DNA from: Vicinamibacteria bacterium
Lineage (GTDB): Bacteria; Acidobacteriota; Vicinamibacteria; Fen-336; JAGNNV01
Assembly: GCA_016650185.1 (NCBI GenBank)
Contig: JAENWE010000053.1
Coordinates: forward strand, 1-32,356
Direction of reading: 5' to 3'
DNA length: 32,356 nucleotides
Shown here in pieces: positions 17,231 through 26,539 of this stretch. Under the pieces are notes generated by a model. The model was not told where the DNA came from. It made no database searches and was given only the letters and a program-made list of their open reading frames with translations. The translations under genes were made by a program, and so were the position numbers. How positions within the stretch are numbered: position 1 is the stretch's first letter; each line of letters opens with the position of its first letter.

Positions 17231-18016
17231 ATGAAGCCTTGGATGAAGATCGCCATCGGGTGTTTGGCGACATCGATTATCGCCCTGTTCCTTTTCGTGG
17301 CCGGGTTGGTCGGCTTGGGGTATTGGGCCAAAGGCAAGGTCGAGGAGGTCGCCGGAGGCGGCGCGGCGGTGGCGGAGGCTCGGAAGACTGCGAACGCCGT
17401 GCCCTTCAACCGCCCACTCGGGAACGTCATCCCGGAAGCTCGCCTCGTCCGATTCATCGAGATCCGGGCCAGCGTCTTCTCGGTCTACGAGAAATACCGC
17501 GGCGAGATCGAATCCCGAATGGCCAAAGTCAAGGAAAGCAAATCGGTCGATTTCGGCGACCTATCAACCGGTCTGACCCTGGTGGGCGAGATCCAAAAGG
17601 CCGAAGCTCTCGCCCTGGCCAGGCACGGGATGTCCGAGCGGGAGTACGCCTTCATCACCGGCGAGGTCTACAAGTCGATGTTCACCGAGGCCGCCGAGAG
17701 TCGTCAAGAGGTCATCGAGAGCGCAGCCGGGGCCGCGAAGACGGCCTCGGACGCCGTGAAGGGGATGACAAGGAACGACCCCTCTAGCCTGCCCCCGGAG
17801 GCGCGGGAGGCCATCGCCCAGGCAGGCGCCGACATCGCAGCGAGTTCTCGCGACGCCTCTGAGCAGGTCGCGGAAATGCGGATCGCCCCGGAGAACACGA
17901 TTCTCTTCAAGAAATACAAAGCGGAGCTGAAAAAATACGCCATGCCCGGCCTCAAGATGTTCTTCGACGAAGACGCCCAAGCGGGTGACAACGATAAGGC
18001 TCAGAAGCAGCCCTAG
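17231..18016 (+). CDS. Membrane-anchored helical hypothetical protein
   Basis: GAGGAG SD, one N-terminal TM helix, Ala/Glu/Lys-rich helical remainder, GC3-rich codons. Confidence 0.7.
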   Translation: MKPWMKIAIGCLATSIIALFLFVAGLVGLGYWAKGKVEEVAGGGAAVAEARKTANAVPFNRPLGNVIPEARLVRFIEIRASVFSVYEKYRGEIESRMAKVKESKSVDFGDLSTGLTLVGEIQKAEALALARHGMSEREYAFITGEVYKSMFTEAAESRQEVIESAAGAAKTASDAVKGMTRNDPSSLPPEAREAIAQAGADIAASSRDASEQVAEMRIAPENTILFKKYKAELKKYAMPGLKMFFDEDAQAGDNDKAQKQP

Positions 18017-18027
18017 CAGCGAATCGC

Positions 18028-18573
18028 CTAGAAGGCCTCCAGCATCGCCGCCACGAGGCCGCGGGCGAAGGCCTGGGCCAGGCGATCGACGCCCTGGTCC
18101 TCGCGATCGAAGAAAGTGGATGGATCCGAGCCAAGGTCGTACTCGTCCCGGAAAACGAAGGCGTTGTTCTCCCAGATCGGCTGAGCCTCCCCGGGCTTGT
18201 AGTACTTGACTCGGGCGGTCAGGGTGATCGAATACCGGCTGGCCGTCGTCGACACGCCCCCCCCCGAGAAGCCCACGGGCTGGACCAGGTACGAGAGGAT
18301 TTCGCCATCGACGATGGCGTCCACGCCTTCAATGGTCGGCAAGACGTCGATCTTGCCCCGCTTCAGGAGTTCCTCCGTCACCTTCTCCGTGATCTTCCGA
18401 TCGAGGCTGGTCCGGCCGGTGCTGTCTTTGAACAGCGGGACACCAATTTTTTTGATGGAGGGATCGATCCCGCCGCCACGGCCGACGAGCCCATAGCCGC
18501 AGCCGACCAGTACGAGAAGGGCCAGAATCAGACCGCCCCGCTTGACCTCGTCTGATAAGGAGGGCGTCGTCAT
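18028..18573 (-). CDS. lptE: LPS-assembly lipoprotein LptE family
   Basis: Lipobox LVG|CGY and an IKKIGVPLF…DAIVDGEI…YSITLTARV pattern. ATGA-coupled directly behind leuS, the canonical position. Confidence 0.8.
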   Translation of the reverse strand: MTTPSLSDEVKRGGLILALLVLVGCGYGLVGRGGGIDPSIKKIGVPLFKDSTGRTSLDRKITEKVTEELLKRGKIDVLPTIEGVDAIVDGEILSYLVQPVGFSGGGVSTTASRYSITLTARVKYYKPGEAQPIWENNAFVFRDEYDLGSDPSTFFDREDQGVDRLAQAFARGLVAAMLEAF

Positions 18574-21044
18574 TTCACCACCAGATTGATCAGTCGTCCG
18601 GGAACGATAATCGCCTTGACCAGCGTCTTCCCGTCGATGTGAGCTTCGACCCCCGGCTCCGCCAGAGCCAGGGCCTCGTGGGCGGCCTCGTCGGCGCCGG
18701 ATGGCACCAGCACGCGGCCGCGTATCTTGCCGTTCACCTGGACCGCCACCTCGGTGACGTCCTCGCGCATGGCCGTCTCGTCCGCGCTCGGCCAGGGCTC
18801 GTCGACCAGACTCTTCGGGTGGCCACGATCCGACCACATCTGTTCACACGCGTGCGGCGCGAACGGGCTCAGCAATAGAACCAGCGCGTCGAGGGCTTCA
18901 CAGAGCGCGGCCGCATCGGAGGCGCCTTCGAGTCGCTCTTCCAGCCGGTAGATGTCGTTCGTCAGCTCCATCAGAGCGGCAACCGCGGTATTGAGGTGGA
19001 TTCTCTCGTCGATGTCAGCGGTCACCCGAGCGATGGTCTGATGGACTCTCCGGCGCAGGGCCAGGCCGTTTCGGGACAACTCGCCAAAGTCCCGATCCGG
19101 GGAGCGCGCGGCCGCGTGTTTCTGGACGAGCCGCCACACCCGCAGAAGGAAACGATGGGGCCCCTCGATCCCGGTTTCGCTCCATTCCATTGAAAGCTCC
19201 GGGGGGGCGGCAAACAGGATGTAGAGCCGTAGGGTGTCGGCGCCGTAGCGTTTGACGACATCGTCGGGGGCAATGGTGTTCCCCTTCGATTTCGACATGA
19301 CCTCGCCGTCTTTGTGCACCATGCCCTGCGGAAAGAGGCGGGCGACCGGCTCCGCCCAATCGATCAGGCCCAGGTCTTTCATGACCTTTGTCCAGAACCG
19401 CGAGTACACGAGATGAAGGATCGCATGTTCGATGCCGCCCACGTACAGGTCGATCGGAAACCAGTACTTCACCGCCGCCCGATCGAAAGGAGCGTCCTCG
19501 GTCTGCGGAGAACAGTAGCGATAGAAGTACCACGACGAGTCCACGAACGTGTCCATGGTGTCCGTCTCGCGCCGCGCCGCGCCACCGCACTTCGGGCAGA
19601 TAGCCTTGACGAAGGCTTCCACCTTCTCGAGCGGATTACCTCCCTCGCCGGTGAACGGAGCATCCTTGGGCAGGACGACGGGTAGATCCGCGTCCCTTAC
19701 GCCCACGATGCCGTCCTTGTCACAATAGACCACCGGAATGGGCGTGCCCCAGTAGCGCTGGCGGGAAATCAGCCAGTCTTTCAGACGATACGCGGTCTTC
19801 ACTCCCCCGAAGCCCTGCGCGCTCGCATGGGCCGCCATCTTCTCAATCGCGGTTTCGGAGGCAAGGCCGTCGAACCCGGCGCTGCCGGTCACGACCCCTG
19901 GCCCGGTGTAGGCCTCGGCCATGGTCGCACCATCGAGCCCCACAGCCTCTGGCTGGATCACGGGATGAACCCGGAGACCGTATTTTCGAGCGAACTCGAA
20001 GTCGCGTTCGTCGTGGGCGGGCACGGCCATGATCGCTCCCGTGCCATACCCCATCAGAACAAAGTTGCCCACCCAGATGGGAATCCTTTCGCTCGAGAAG
20101 GGGTTAGTGGCGTAGCGGCCCGTGAACAACCCTTCCTTCTCGACCTGGCCGGCCAGGCGCGCCCTGCGGTCCTGACCTCGCAGCCGGGCGAGCGTTTCGG
20201 CATCCGCCTTCGAGGCTTCGCTCATGAGCTGATCCACCAACGGATGCTCGGGCGCCAGCACGCAAAACGTGGCGCCATAGATGGTGTCAATACGGGTGGT
20301 GAAGATACGGATCGATCCGCCCTGCTCAAGCGGGAAAGACACCTCTGCCCCCTGCGAGCGTCCCACCCAGTTGCGTTGCTGCTGCAGGACGCGGTCCGGC
20401 CAGGCCGACAGGTCGTCCATGTCATCGAGCAGGGCGTCCTGGTAGTCCGTGATCCGCAAGAACCACTGTTCCATGTCCCGGATCTCGATCACGCTCTTGC
20501 AGCGCCAGCACAAACCGCCCTCCGCCTGCTCATTGGCGAGAACGGTGAGGCAGGAGGGGCACCAGTTCACCGGAGAATTGGCCCGATAGGCGATGCCCTT
20601 CTCGAGCATCCGGAGGAAGAACCACTGATTCCACCGATAGTAGGAGGAGTCGCAGGTCGCGATTTCGCGGCTCCAGGCGTAGGAGAAACCGAGCCTTTGC
20701 AGCTGGGCTTTCATCCCCGCGATATTGCCCCGGGTCCAGGCTTCCGGGTGCGTCTCTCGCTTGATCGCGGCGTTTTCCGCGGGCAGTCCCAGGGCGTCCC
20801 AGCCGATTGGATGCAAGACATTGAAGCCGCGCATGCGTTTGAACCGTGTGATCACGTCGGTGATGCAGTAGTTCCGCACATGCCCGACGTGAATGTCCCC
20901 CGAGGGGTAGGGCAGCATCTCCAGGCAATAGAACTTGGGTCTGGCCGGATCTTCCGACACCTCGAATGTACCCTCGGCGCGCCACCGCTCCTGGTGGCGA
21001 CGCTCGATTTCATCGAATTCGTAGGACTTGACCTCGTTGACCAA
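18570..21044 (-). CDS. leuS: Leucine--tRNA ligase
   Basis: [13 protein letters not shown] (HIGH), [55 protein letters not shown] (KMSKS), VQVNGK. Confidence 0.97.
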   Translation of the reverse strand: MVNEVKSYEFDEIERRHQERWRAEGTFEVSEDPARPKFYCLEMLPYPSGDIHVGHVRNYCITDVITRFKRMRGFNVLHPIGWDALGLPAENAAIKRETHPEAWTRGNIAGMKAQLQRLGFSYAWSREIATCDSSYYRWNQWFFLRMLEKGIAYRANSPVNWCPSCLTVLANEQAEGGLCWRCKSVIEIRDMEQWFLRITDYQDALLDDMDDLSAWPDRVLQQQRNWVGRSQGAEVSFPLEQGGSIRIFTTRIDTIYGATFCVLAPEHPLVDQLMSEASKADAETLARLRGQDRRARLAGQVEKEGLFTGRYATNPFSSERIPIWVGNFVLMGYGTGAIMAVPAHDERDFEFARKYGLRVHPVIQPEAVGLDGATMAEAYTGPGVVTGSAGFDGLASETAIEKMAAHASAQGFGGVKTAYRLKDWLISRQRYWGTPIPVVYCDKDGIVGVRDADLPVVLPKDAPFTGEGGNPLEKVEAFVKAICPKCGGAARRETDTMDTFVDSSWYFYRYCSPQTEDAPFDRAAVKYWFPIDLYVGGIEHAILHLVYSRFWTKVMKDLGLIDWAEPVARLFPQGMVHKDGEVMSKSKGNTIAPDDVVKRYGADTLRLYILFAAPPELSMEWSETGIEGPHRFLLRVWRLVQKHAAARSPDRDFGELSRNGLALRRRVHQTIARVTADIDERIHLNTAVAALMELTNDIYRLEERLEGASDAAALCEALDALVLLLSPFAPHACEQMWSDRGHPKSLVDEPWPSADETAMREDVTEVAVQVNGKIRGRVLVPSGADEAAHEALALAEPGVEAHIDGKTLVKAIIVPGRLINLVVK

Positions 21045-21150
21045 CTTGGTTCCTCAACAGCGGTTGCGCGCAAGGCGGCAGTGGGAAACGACCCGGAGCG
21101 GCAGAGTTTATAGGCTTCTCCGGGGATGGACATCCGACCGGACGACATTG

Positions 21151-21161
21151 GGTTGTACAAT
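21151..21161 (+). promoter_or_regulatory. Putative -10 (TACAAT) for the rpmE-prfA-prmC-mutY unit
   Basis: ggttgTACAATcg in the leuS/rpmE divergent gap, about 110 nt upstream of rpmE. Confidence 0.4.
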
Positions 21162-21268
21162 CGCGTGTTCCGACCCCGGATTTCGACAGGTTCCTGAGTC
21201 CGCTTTCCCTAAGACCGAGGCAGCGACGAGCGAGACCGAGAGTCATCAAGAGAAAGACATCGCAAGTC

Positions 21269-21487
21269 ATGAAGCCAGACATTCATCCCAAGTACAACGA
21301 CTCCCCCGTTCACTGCGCCTGCGGCGCCAACTGGACCACGAGGTCCACCAAGTCCGAGATCCGCGTCGAAATCTGCTCAACCTGCCATCCGTTCTTTACC
21401 GGCAAGCAGCGCCTGGTCGACTCCGCGGGCCGCATCGAGCGCTTCACGAAGAAGTTCGCGAAGCGCGCGGGCGCCCCGGCCGCCTAG
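21269..21487 (+). CDS. rpmE: 50S ribosomal protein L31 (Zn-binding type)
   Basis: MKPDIHPKY…CACG…[26 protein letters not shown]; four Cys ligands. Confidence 0.97.
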   Translation: MKPDIHPKYNDSPVHCACGANWTTRSTKSEIRVEICSTCHPFFTGKQRLVDSAGRIERFTKKFAKRAGAPAA

Positions 21488-21554
21488 AACCGTCACTGGC
21501 AACGGGCCTTTCGCACAGGGCCCTTCGCCGCTTGGGAGCTCGCCCTGACCGACC

Positions 21555-22637
21555 ATGGACGCCATCACATTTGAGAAGTTGAAAGAGATCGAGGGAAAGC
21601 ACCAGGCCCTCGAGGCGGAGATGCTTCGTCTCGCCTCGTCGAGTGGGGCGGTCTCCAGCATCACCAAGACCGCGAAGGAGGCATCCGACATCGCTCCCGT
21701 GGTCCAGATGTTCAGCGAATACAAGAGACTCCTCGCCGAGGTCGCAAGCGTGGAAGAGATGGCGAAGGCCGAGGCCGACGCGGAGCTTCGGGCCATGGCT
21801 CTGGAGGAGTTGAAAGAACTCCAGCGCAAGCGGGACGAGACCGACGCGGCGATCGGGCCCCTGCTCATTCCCAAAGACCCGAACGACGAGAAGAACGTCA
21901 TTTTGGAGATCAGGGCGGGCACCGGCGGTGACGAGGCCGCGCTCTTCGCCCAGGAAGTCTTTCGCATGTACCAGCGATTCGCTGAGCGGAAGCGCTGGAA
22001 GGTCGATATCGTCTCGATGTCCCGGTCCGGTGCGGGTGGGGTCAAGGAAGTGATCGCCATGATCGAGGGCGACAAGGTGTACTCCAAACTGCGTTTCGAG
22101 AGCGGCGTCCATCGGGTTCAACGCGTGCCGGCGACCGAAGCGCAAGGACGCATCCACACGTCCACCATCACCGTCGCGGTCCTTCCGGAGGCCGAGGAGG
22201 TCGACGTCAAGATCGAGGCCAAGGACATCCGCATCGACACCTTCTGCTCCTCCGGCCCCGGCGGCCAGAGCGTCAACACCACGTATTCAGCGGTTCGCAT
22301 CACCCACCTTCCCACCAACACCGTGGTCTCATGCCAGGACGAGAAGAGCCAGATCAAGAATCGCGAGAAGGCGATGAAGGTCCTTCGCTCGCGTCTCTAC
22401 GAAGTGGCCCAGGCCGAACAGAACAAGGAGATTGCGGCCGACCGTCGCTCGCAGGTCGGCACCGGCGATCGCTCCGAGAAAATCCGGACCTACAACTTCC
22501 CTCAATCGCGGCTCACCGATCATCGAATTGGCCTCACCCTGCACACCCTCCAGACCGCGATGGATGGCGATATCGACGCCCTGATCTCGCAGCTGGTGGC
22601 TACGCACCAAGCCGAACGCGTCCAATCCGCGAACTGA
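21555..22637 (+). CDS. prfA: Peptide chain release factor 1
   Basis: [25 protein letters not shown] (PxT specificity motif of RF1), [21 protein letters not shown]. Confidence 0.97.
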   Translation: MDAITFEKLKEIEGKHQALEAEMLRLASSSGAVSSITKTAKEASDIAPVVQMFSEYKRLLAEVASVEEMAKAEADAELRAMALEELKELQRKRDETDAAIGPLLIPKDPNDEKNVILEIRAGTGGDEAALFAQEVFRMYQRFAERKRWKVDIVSMSRSGAGGVKEVIAMIEGDKVYSKLRFESGVHRVQRVPATEAQGRIHTSTITVAVLPEAEEVDVKIEAKDIRIDTFCSSGPGGQSVNTTYSAVRITHLPTNTVVSCQDEKSQIKNREKAMKVLRSRLYEVAQAEQNKEIAADRRSQVGTGDRSEKIRTYNFPQSRLTDHRIGLTLHTLQTAMDGDIDALISQLVATHQAERVQSAN

Positions 22638-22655
22638 ACCTCAGGAGCGAGGAGG

Positions 22656-23510
22656 GTGACGCGTCTGTTGATCGCCCCGCTCATCAAGGCGGCGGAAGAC
22701 CGGCTCTCCCACCTCGGTAGCCCCGCCCAGGACGCCGAGATGCTGTTTCGAGGCATCACCGGGATGAGCCGCGCGGCCCTGCTGGCGAACAGCGGCGAGG
22801 TCGCATCAACCGAAGACGCGGAGCGTTTCGAGGAGGCGCTCCGCCGCCGAGAGGGTCACGAGCCCATCCAGTACATTCTGGGAGTCGCTGCCTTCTGGCG
22901 CGATGACTTCGTGGTCAATCGGTCGGTGCTCATTCCACGCCTCGAGACGGAAATCCTCATCGAGGCGGTGGCGAAGCGGACGAGCCACTCACACGCGGCC
23001 GCCCTCCTCGACCTGGGAACCGGATCCGGCTGCATCGTCCTGTCGCTCCTCCGTGAGCTTCCCCTGGCGCGGGCGATGGCCGTGGATCGCTCGGCCTCGG
23101 CCCTCGAGGTGGCGGCTGAGAACGCCCGCCGGCTTGGGCTCACGTCGAGAGTGGCCCTTCGCCTCTCGCGGTGGTTCGATGCGATCGAGCCGGGCTCGAC
23201 TTTCGATGCGATCGTGAGCAATCCTCCGTATGTGGCGCGCGGCGATCAAGCAGAACTGCCACGGGAGGTGCGCGACTTCGAGCCGGAAATGGCGCTGTTC
23301 GCGGATGCCTCCGACGATCTCTCGTCCTATCGCGAGATCACCAGGGACGTCGTCCGTCACCTGAAGCCTGCTGGTCTGCTGGCCTTCGAGGTCGGCCAGG
23401 GTCAGGCCAGCGGCGTGGCCGACCTGGTCGCCGCCGCCGGTCTTGGGTCCATCGAGATTCTCGACGACCTGGCCCGGATCCCGCGAGTCGTCGTCGGTCG
23501 AAGGCCTTGA
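22656..23510 (+). CDS. prmC: Release factor glutamine methyltransferase
   Basis: EPIQYILG, VLIPRLETE, LDLGTGSGCI, SNPPY, EPEMAL; directly follows prfA. Confidence 0.95.
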   Translation: MTRLLIAPLIKAAEDRLSHLGSPAQDAEMLFRGITGMSRAALLANSGEVASTEDAERFEEALRRREGHEPIQYILGVAAFWRDDFVVNRSVLIPRLETEILIEAVAKRTSHSHAAALLDLGTGSGCIVLSLLRELPLARAMAVDRSASALEVAAENARRLGLTSRVALRLSRWFDAIEPGSTFDAIVSNPPYVARGDQAELPREVRDFEPEMALFADASDDLSSYREITRDVVRHLKPAGLLAFEVGQGQASGVADLVAAAGLGSIEILDDLARIPRVVVGRRP

Positions 23511-24532
23511 TGGACGTCCCTCGCCTGAGGCGTGTTCTGCTCCGTTGGTTCGCGCGGTCCAAGCGACCCCTTCCCTGGCGTCAAACTCGAGACCCGTACG
23601 CGATCTGGGTCTCGGAGGTGATGCTGCAGCAGACCACGGTCGCGGCCGTGATCCCCTACTACGCCCGATTCATGGCTCGGTTCCCCACGATCCTCTCGCT
23701 CGCCACCGGGGACGAGGACGCGGTCCTTGAGATGTGGTCGGGGCTTGGCTACTACGCGCGGGCCAGGAATCTGCGACTCGGCGCTCAGGTCCTGGCCCGG
23801 AACCACAACGGTACCTTCCCTCGAGACGTCGAGACCGCCATGACGATCAAAGGCGTTGGCCGGTACACGGCCAGCGCGGTGACCTCGCTGGCATACGGCG
23901 CAAGGGTCGCGGCGGTGGACGGGAACGTTTTCCGTGTCTTGTCCAGGCTGTATGCCGCGCGCGATCTCACGTCACCCCGCGCCCAGCAACTGGCCACGAA
24001 TCTACTTTCTGCACGCGCGCCCGGGGCTTGGAACGAGGCCATGATGGAGTTGGGCGCCACGGTTTGTCTGCCGAAAAGACCGCGGTGCCAGACCTGCCCG
24101 GTCCGGACCGACTGCGAGGGCCGCTCCCGGCCGGAGTCCTGGGGCGGGGGCAGGCCGCGTCGAGCCACCATCAAAACGATGGTGGAAATGGCGCTGGTGA
24201 TACGGAGCGACCGGGTTCTCCTTGTTCGCACCCCGACCGGCGACCTCATGGGCGGATTGTATGAGCTTCCTCATGCCGGCCTGCCCGGCCAGGAAGAAGC
24301 GTGCATGGCTCTCCGCGATCGCTACCGCGGAAGGCTCCGGGTCGCGCCGGAGGCGGTCACTACAATCCGCCACGCGGTCACCCATCACCGGATCGAGGCC
24401 CTCATCTTCAGGGCGCGGCTCTTGAAACTGCCCTCGGGGGACGCGATATTTCAACCGCGCGGGGCGCTCTCGCGACTTCCGCTCGGCGGCCTGACCCGAA
24501 AGGCCCTGCGCGCGGTCGGGATACCAGTCTAG
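23510..24532 (+). CDS. mutY: A/G-specific adenine glycosylase MutY
   Basis: RPLPWR…WVSEVMLQQT, WSGLGYYARARNL, HhH GVGRYTA, VDGNV, 4Fe-4S motif CLPKRPRCQTCPVRTDC, NUDIX-like C-terminus. Start ATG 23510 overlaps the prmC stop (TGATG). Confidence 0.93.
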   Translation: MDVPRLRRVLLRWFARSKRPLPWRQTRDPYAIWVSEVMLQQTTVAAVIPYYARFMARFPTILSLATGDEDAVLEMWSGLGYYARARNLRLGAQVLARNHNGTFPRDVETAMTIKGVGRYTASAVTSLAYGARVAAVDGNVFRVLSRLYAARDLTSPRAQQLATNLLSARAPGAWNEAMMELGATVCLPKRPRCQTCPVRTDCEGRSRPESWGGGRPRRATIKTMVEMALVIRSDRVLLVRTPTGDLMGGLYELPHAGLPGQEEACMALRDRYRGRLRVAPEAVTTIRHAVTHHRIEALIFRARLLKLPSGDAIFQPRGALSRLPLGGLTRKALRAVGIPV

Positions 24533-25068
24533 AAGCGTTCCGGGCGGGCGGCGAGTAGAAAGGCCGCCTTGGAATCGAAGTATTCGGTGACCTTGCGCAC
24601 GTCCGCGGCGTTGAAGTCCGGGCCCGCGTCCCTGAGGGAATCGCCCTTCTTACTCACTTGGGCCACGCCGACGATCTGCCCGTCGGCCACGATGGGCACC
24701 GTGACCATCTTCATGATCGGAAGGACTTTCTCCGTCACCTTCACGCTCTCGAAAAAGGCGACATGTCGGGCCAACGGCACGTTGTTGTTGGCTTCGCCGA
24801 CCTTCTTGGTGAACACGCTCACCGCGATCGAGTCTCGCTTCGTCGTGGGAATCGTGCCCAGATCACACAGCTTCCGAGGAGCGATGAATCGAAGGTGTTT
24901 TCCGTCGGGGCTCGCGATCAGGATGCCGATCTCGTCCACCTGCCGACCCAGATCCTCCGCCGCTCCCCGGGCCACCAGGTCAGCGAGGTCAAGGAAAAAA
25001 TCCTTGGGATCTCGGCCGCCTTCGCGGTTGGCCAGCATGCTAGCCAGACGGTCGTTGATATCGTTCAT
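24529..25068 (-). CDS. Stand-alone GAF-domain protein
   Basis: DEIGILI…LRFIAP…SIAVSV…MVTVPIVADGQIVGVAQVS…FNAAD is a GAF pattern. Start taken at ATG 25068. Shares CTAG stops with mutY. Confidence 0.7.
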   Translation of the reverse strand: MNDINDRLASMLANREGGRDPKDFFLDLADLVARGAAEDLGRQVDEIGILIASPDGKHLRFIAPRKLCDLGTIPTTKRDSIAVSVFTKKVGEANNNVPLARHVAFFESVKVTEKVLPIMKMVTVPIVADGQIVGVAQVSKKGDSLRDAGPDFNAADVRKVTEYFDSKAAFLLAARPERF

Positions 25069-25112
25069 GGAAGGCGCAATGACTCGCGGTCGGCGCGCGA
25101 CCTGAGAGGAAA

Positions 25113-25122
25113 AGCATAGCAT
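25113..25122. promoter_or_regulatory. Overlapping divergent -10 elements (AGCATAGCAT)
   Basis: Plus strand TAGCAT (25117-25122) lies 7 nt before ATG 25130. Minus strand TGcTATGCT (25121-25113) lies upstream of the GAF gene. Confidence 0.45.
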
Positions 25123-25129
25123 CCGGCCC

Positions 25130-26539
25130 ATGTCGACCTCGCCGGCACCGCCCCCACCGCCCCTTCCTGAGCCGTCCTGGATGGTCGTTGCTTTTTCCCT
25201 TGCCCTGGCGGCGCGGGTCGCTCTCGTGGTCGGCTTTCCGACTCTTTACGGCGGTGACGCGGCGGGCCGCCTCGCGCACGCCGATACTCTCGTACTCGGC
25301 TACCAACTCCCGCTCCCGCAACTATTCGTGGTGGCCGGGAAGGCGCTCCACGACGACCCCATTCTCACCCGCCTGATCTTCTGCGTCTGGGGAGGCGTTC
25401 TGGCTGCAGGGCTCACCGGACTCCTCGGGCGATTCGTGAGTTCGCGGTCCTCACTTTTCGGGTCCGTCCTGTTCGCCTGCGACCCTCTGTTGATCCACTA
25501 CTCGATCGTGCCCTATCAGGAACCGGTGGCCTATGGTTTTCTGGCCTGGGCGTTCTACTTCGGAGCCGCGGGTCGCCCCATGACCGGCGCCGGGTTGATG
25601 GGCGCTGCCTGTTTGTCCCGTTACGAGGCTTGGCTTTTCCTTCCGGCGTTCCTTTGGATCACGCGGTCGCGCCTGGCCGCGCTGGTCGCGGCCGCCCCGG
25701 TGGCCGGTTGGATCTCCTGGTGGAGGGGCCTCGCGCCGAGCGGCCTCTACGTCCTCGACCTCGATGGGCAAGCGGAGCGGCTGCCCCGACTGGCCTTTCT
25801 GGGTCGCAAGTTCATCGAGTACGAAACCTTGTCTCTCGTCCTCGTTGTCGCCGCAGGATTCCTTGTCGTTCTGACCAGCCGAAACGCACGCGTGCTCAAG
25901 GGGGCGGCGACGATTGGGGCGGTAATCGTCGTTGTCGTAACCCTGGGACACGAATACCCACCCGGCAGCGGCTTGATGTCGGAACGGTTGATTCATCTCC
26001 CGGTGATCCTCGCACTATCGCTTTCCGCGATCGCGCTGGCGCGAATGAGTCAGGCGTCACGACCGCTCTTTCACGCCGGCCTCGTGGCCGCGTTTTTCTT
26101 CTGCGGGCGAAGCCTGTGGTTCGAGACCGGGCTGCTCCAAGCGGCGGCGAGGGACCCAAACCTTGCCCTGGCCCGAGACGCCGCGCGCGCGATCGAGGCC
26201 GAGCGCGGGCCCCACGAGTGCGTGAGTGTGCTGGCGCCCCTGGTAGAGCCATCCTTATTGGAGGCGTACATAAAGAAGGTGGACTCTTCCTTTGGCGACG
26301 TCAGCCGTGCCCGCGAACAGGCCTCATCCCTGGCTAACGAATCGCCCGATCGAGATCGCATTGCCGCCCAACTCAAGGCCAAGACGGGAACAGTTCAAGG
26401 CCAGATCGGGTGCCCTCTGCTCCTCATCGTCGACCAGGCGGCTGGAGGGAATCAGCATCCCGAGGGCGCGGGGGCAACTCTTCTTGCTCTGATCGTCGCC
26501 GAGCCGAGGCGAGCCCGACTTTTCCGCATCCGGAGCTGA
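25130..26539 (+). CDS. Polytopic membrane protein, GT-C glycosyltransferase-like
   Basis: About 10 TM segments; YGGD early loop, YSIVPYQEP and ACLSRYEAW patterns; soluble C-terminal domain. Confidence 0.6.
   Translation: MSTSPAPPPPPLPEPSWMVVAFSLALAARVALVVGFPTLYGGDAAGRLAHADTLVLGYQLPLPQLFVVAGKALHDDPILTRLIFCVWGGVLAAGLTGLLGRFVSSRSSLFGSVLFACDPLLIHYSIVPYQEPVAYGFLAWAFYFGAAGRPMTGAGLMGAACLSRYEAWLFLPAFLWITRSRLAALVAAAPVAGWISWWRGLAPSGLYVLDLDGQAERLPRLAFLGRKFIEYETLSLVLVVAAGFLVVLTSRNARVLKGAATIGAVIVVVVTLGHEYPPGSGLMSERLIHLPVILALSLSAIALARMSQASRPLFHAGLVAAFFFCGRSLWFETGLLQAAARDPNLALARDAARAIEAERGPHECVSVLAPLVEPSLLEAYIKKVDSSFGDVSRAREQASSLANESPDRDRIAAQLKAKTGTVQGQIGCPLLLIVDQAAGGNQHPEGAGATLLALIVAEPRRARLFRIRS

Noticed and set aside
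19827-21113. 428-aa plus-strand ORF, and many other long ORFs opposite or overlapping real genes (e.g. 26791..28161, 11943..12839, 10212..11090, 3522..4382)
   Set aside because: Antisense or alternate-frame shadows expected at high GC. They are Arg/Pro/Gly-rich, have no motifs, and overlap well-supported genes.
21504-21523. Hairpin GGGCCTT-tcgcac-AGGGCCC after rpmE as an intrinsic terminator
   Set aside because: No U-tract follows, and prfA starts about 30 nt later. It is more likely a stabilising or processing stem.
1421-25131. ORF-track N-terminal extensions (starts 1421, 8427, 17457, 18837, 23171, 25131)
   Set aside because: They overlap neighbouring genes or promoters. Family motifs and signal peptides begin at the downstream starts used here.
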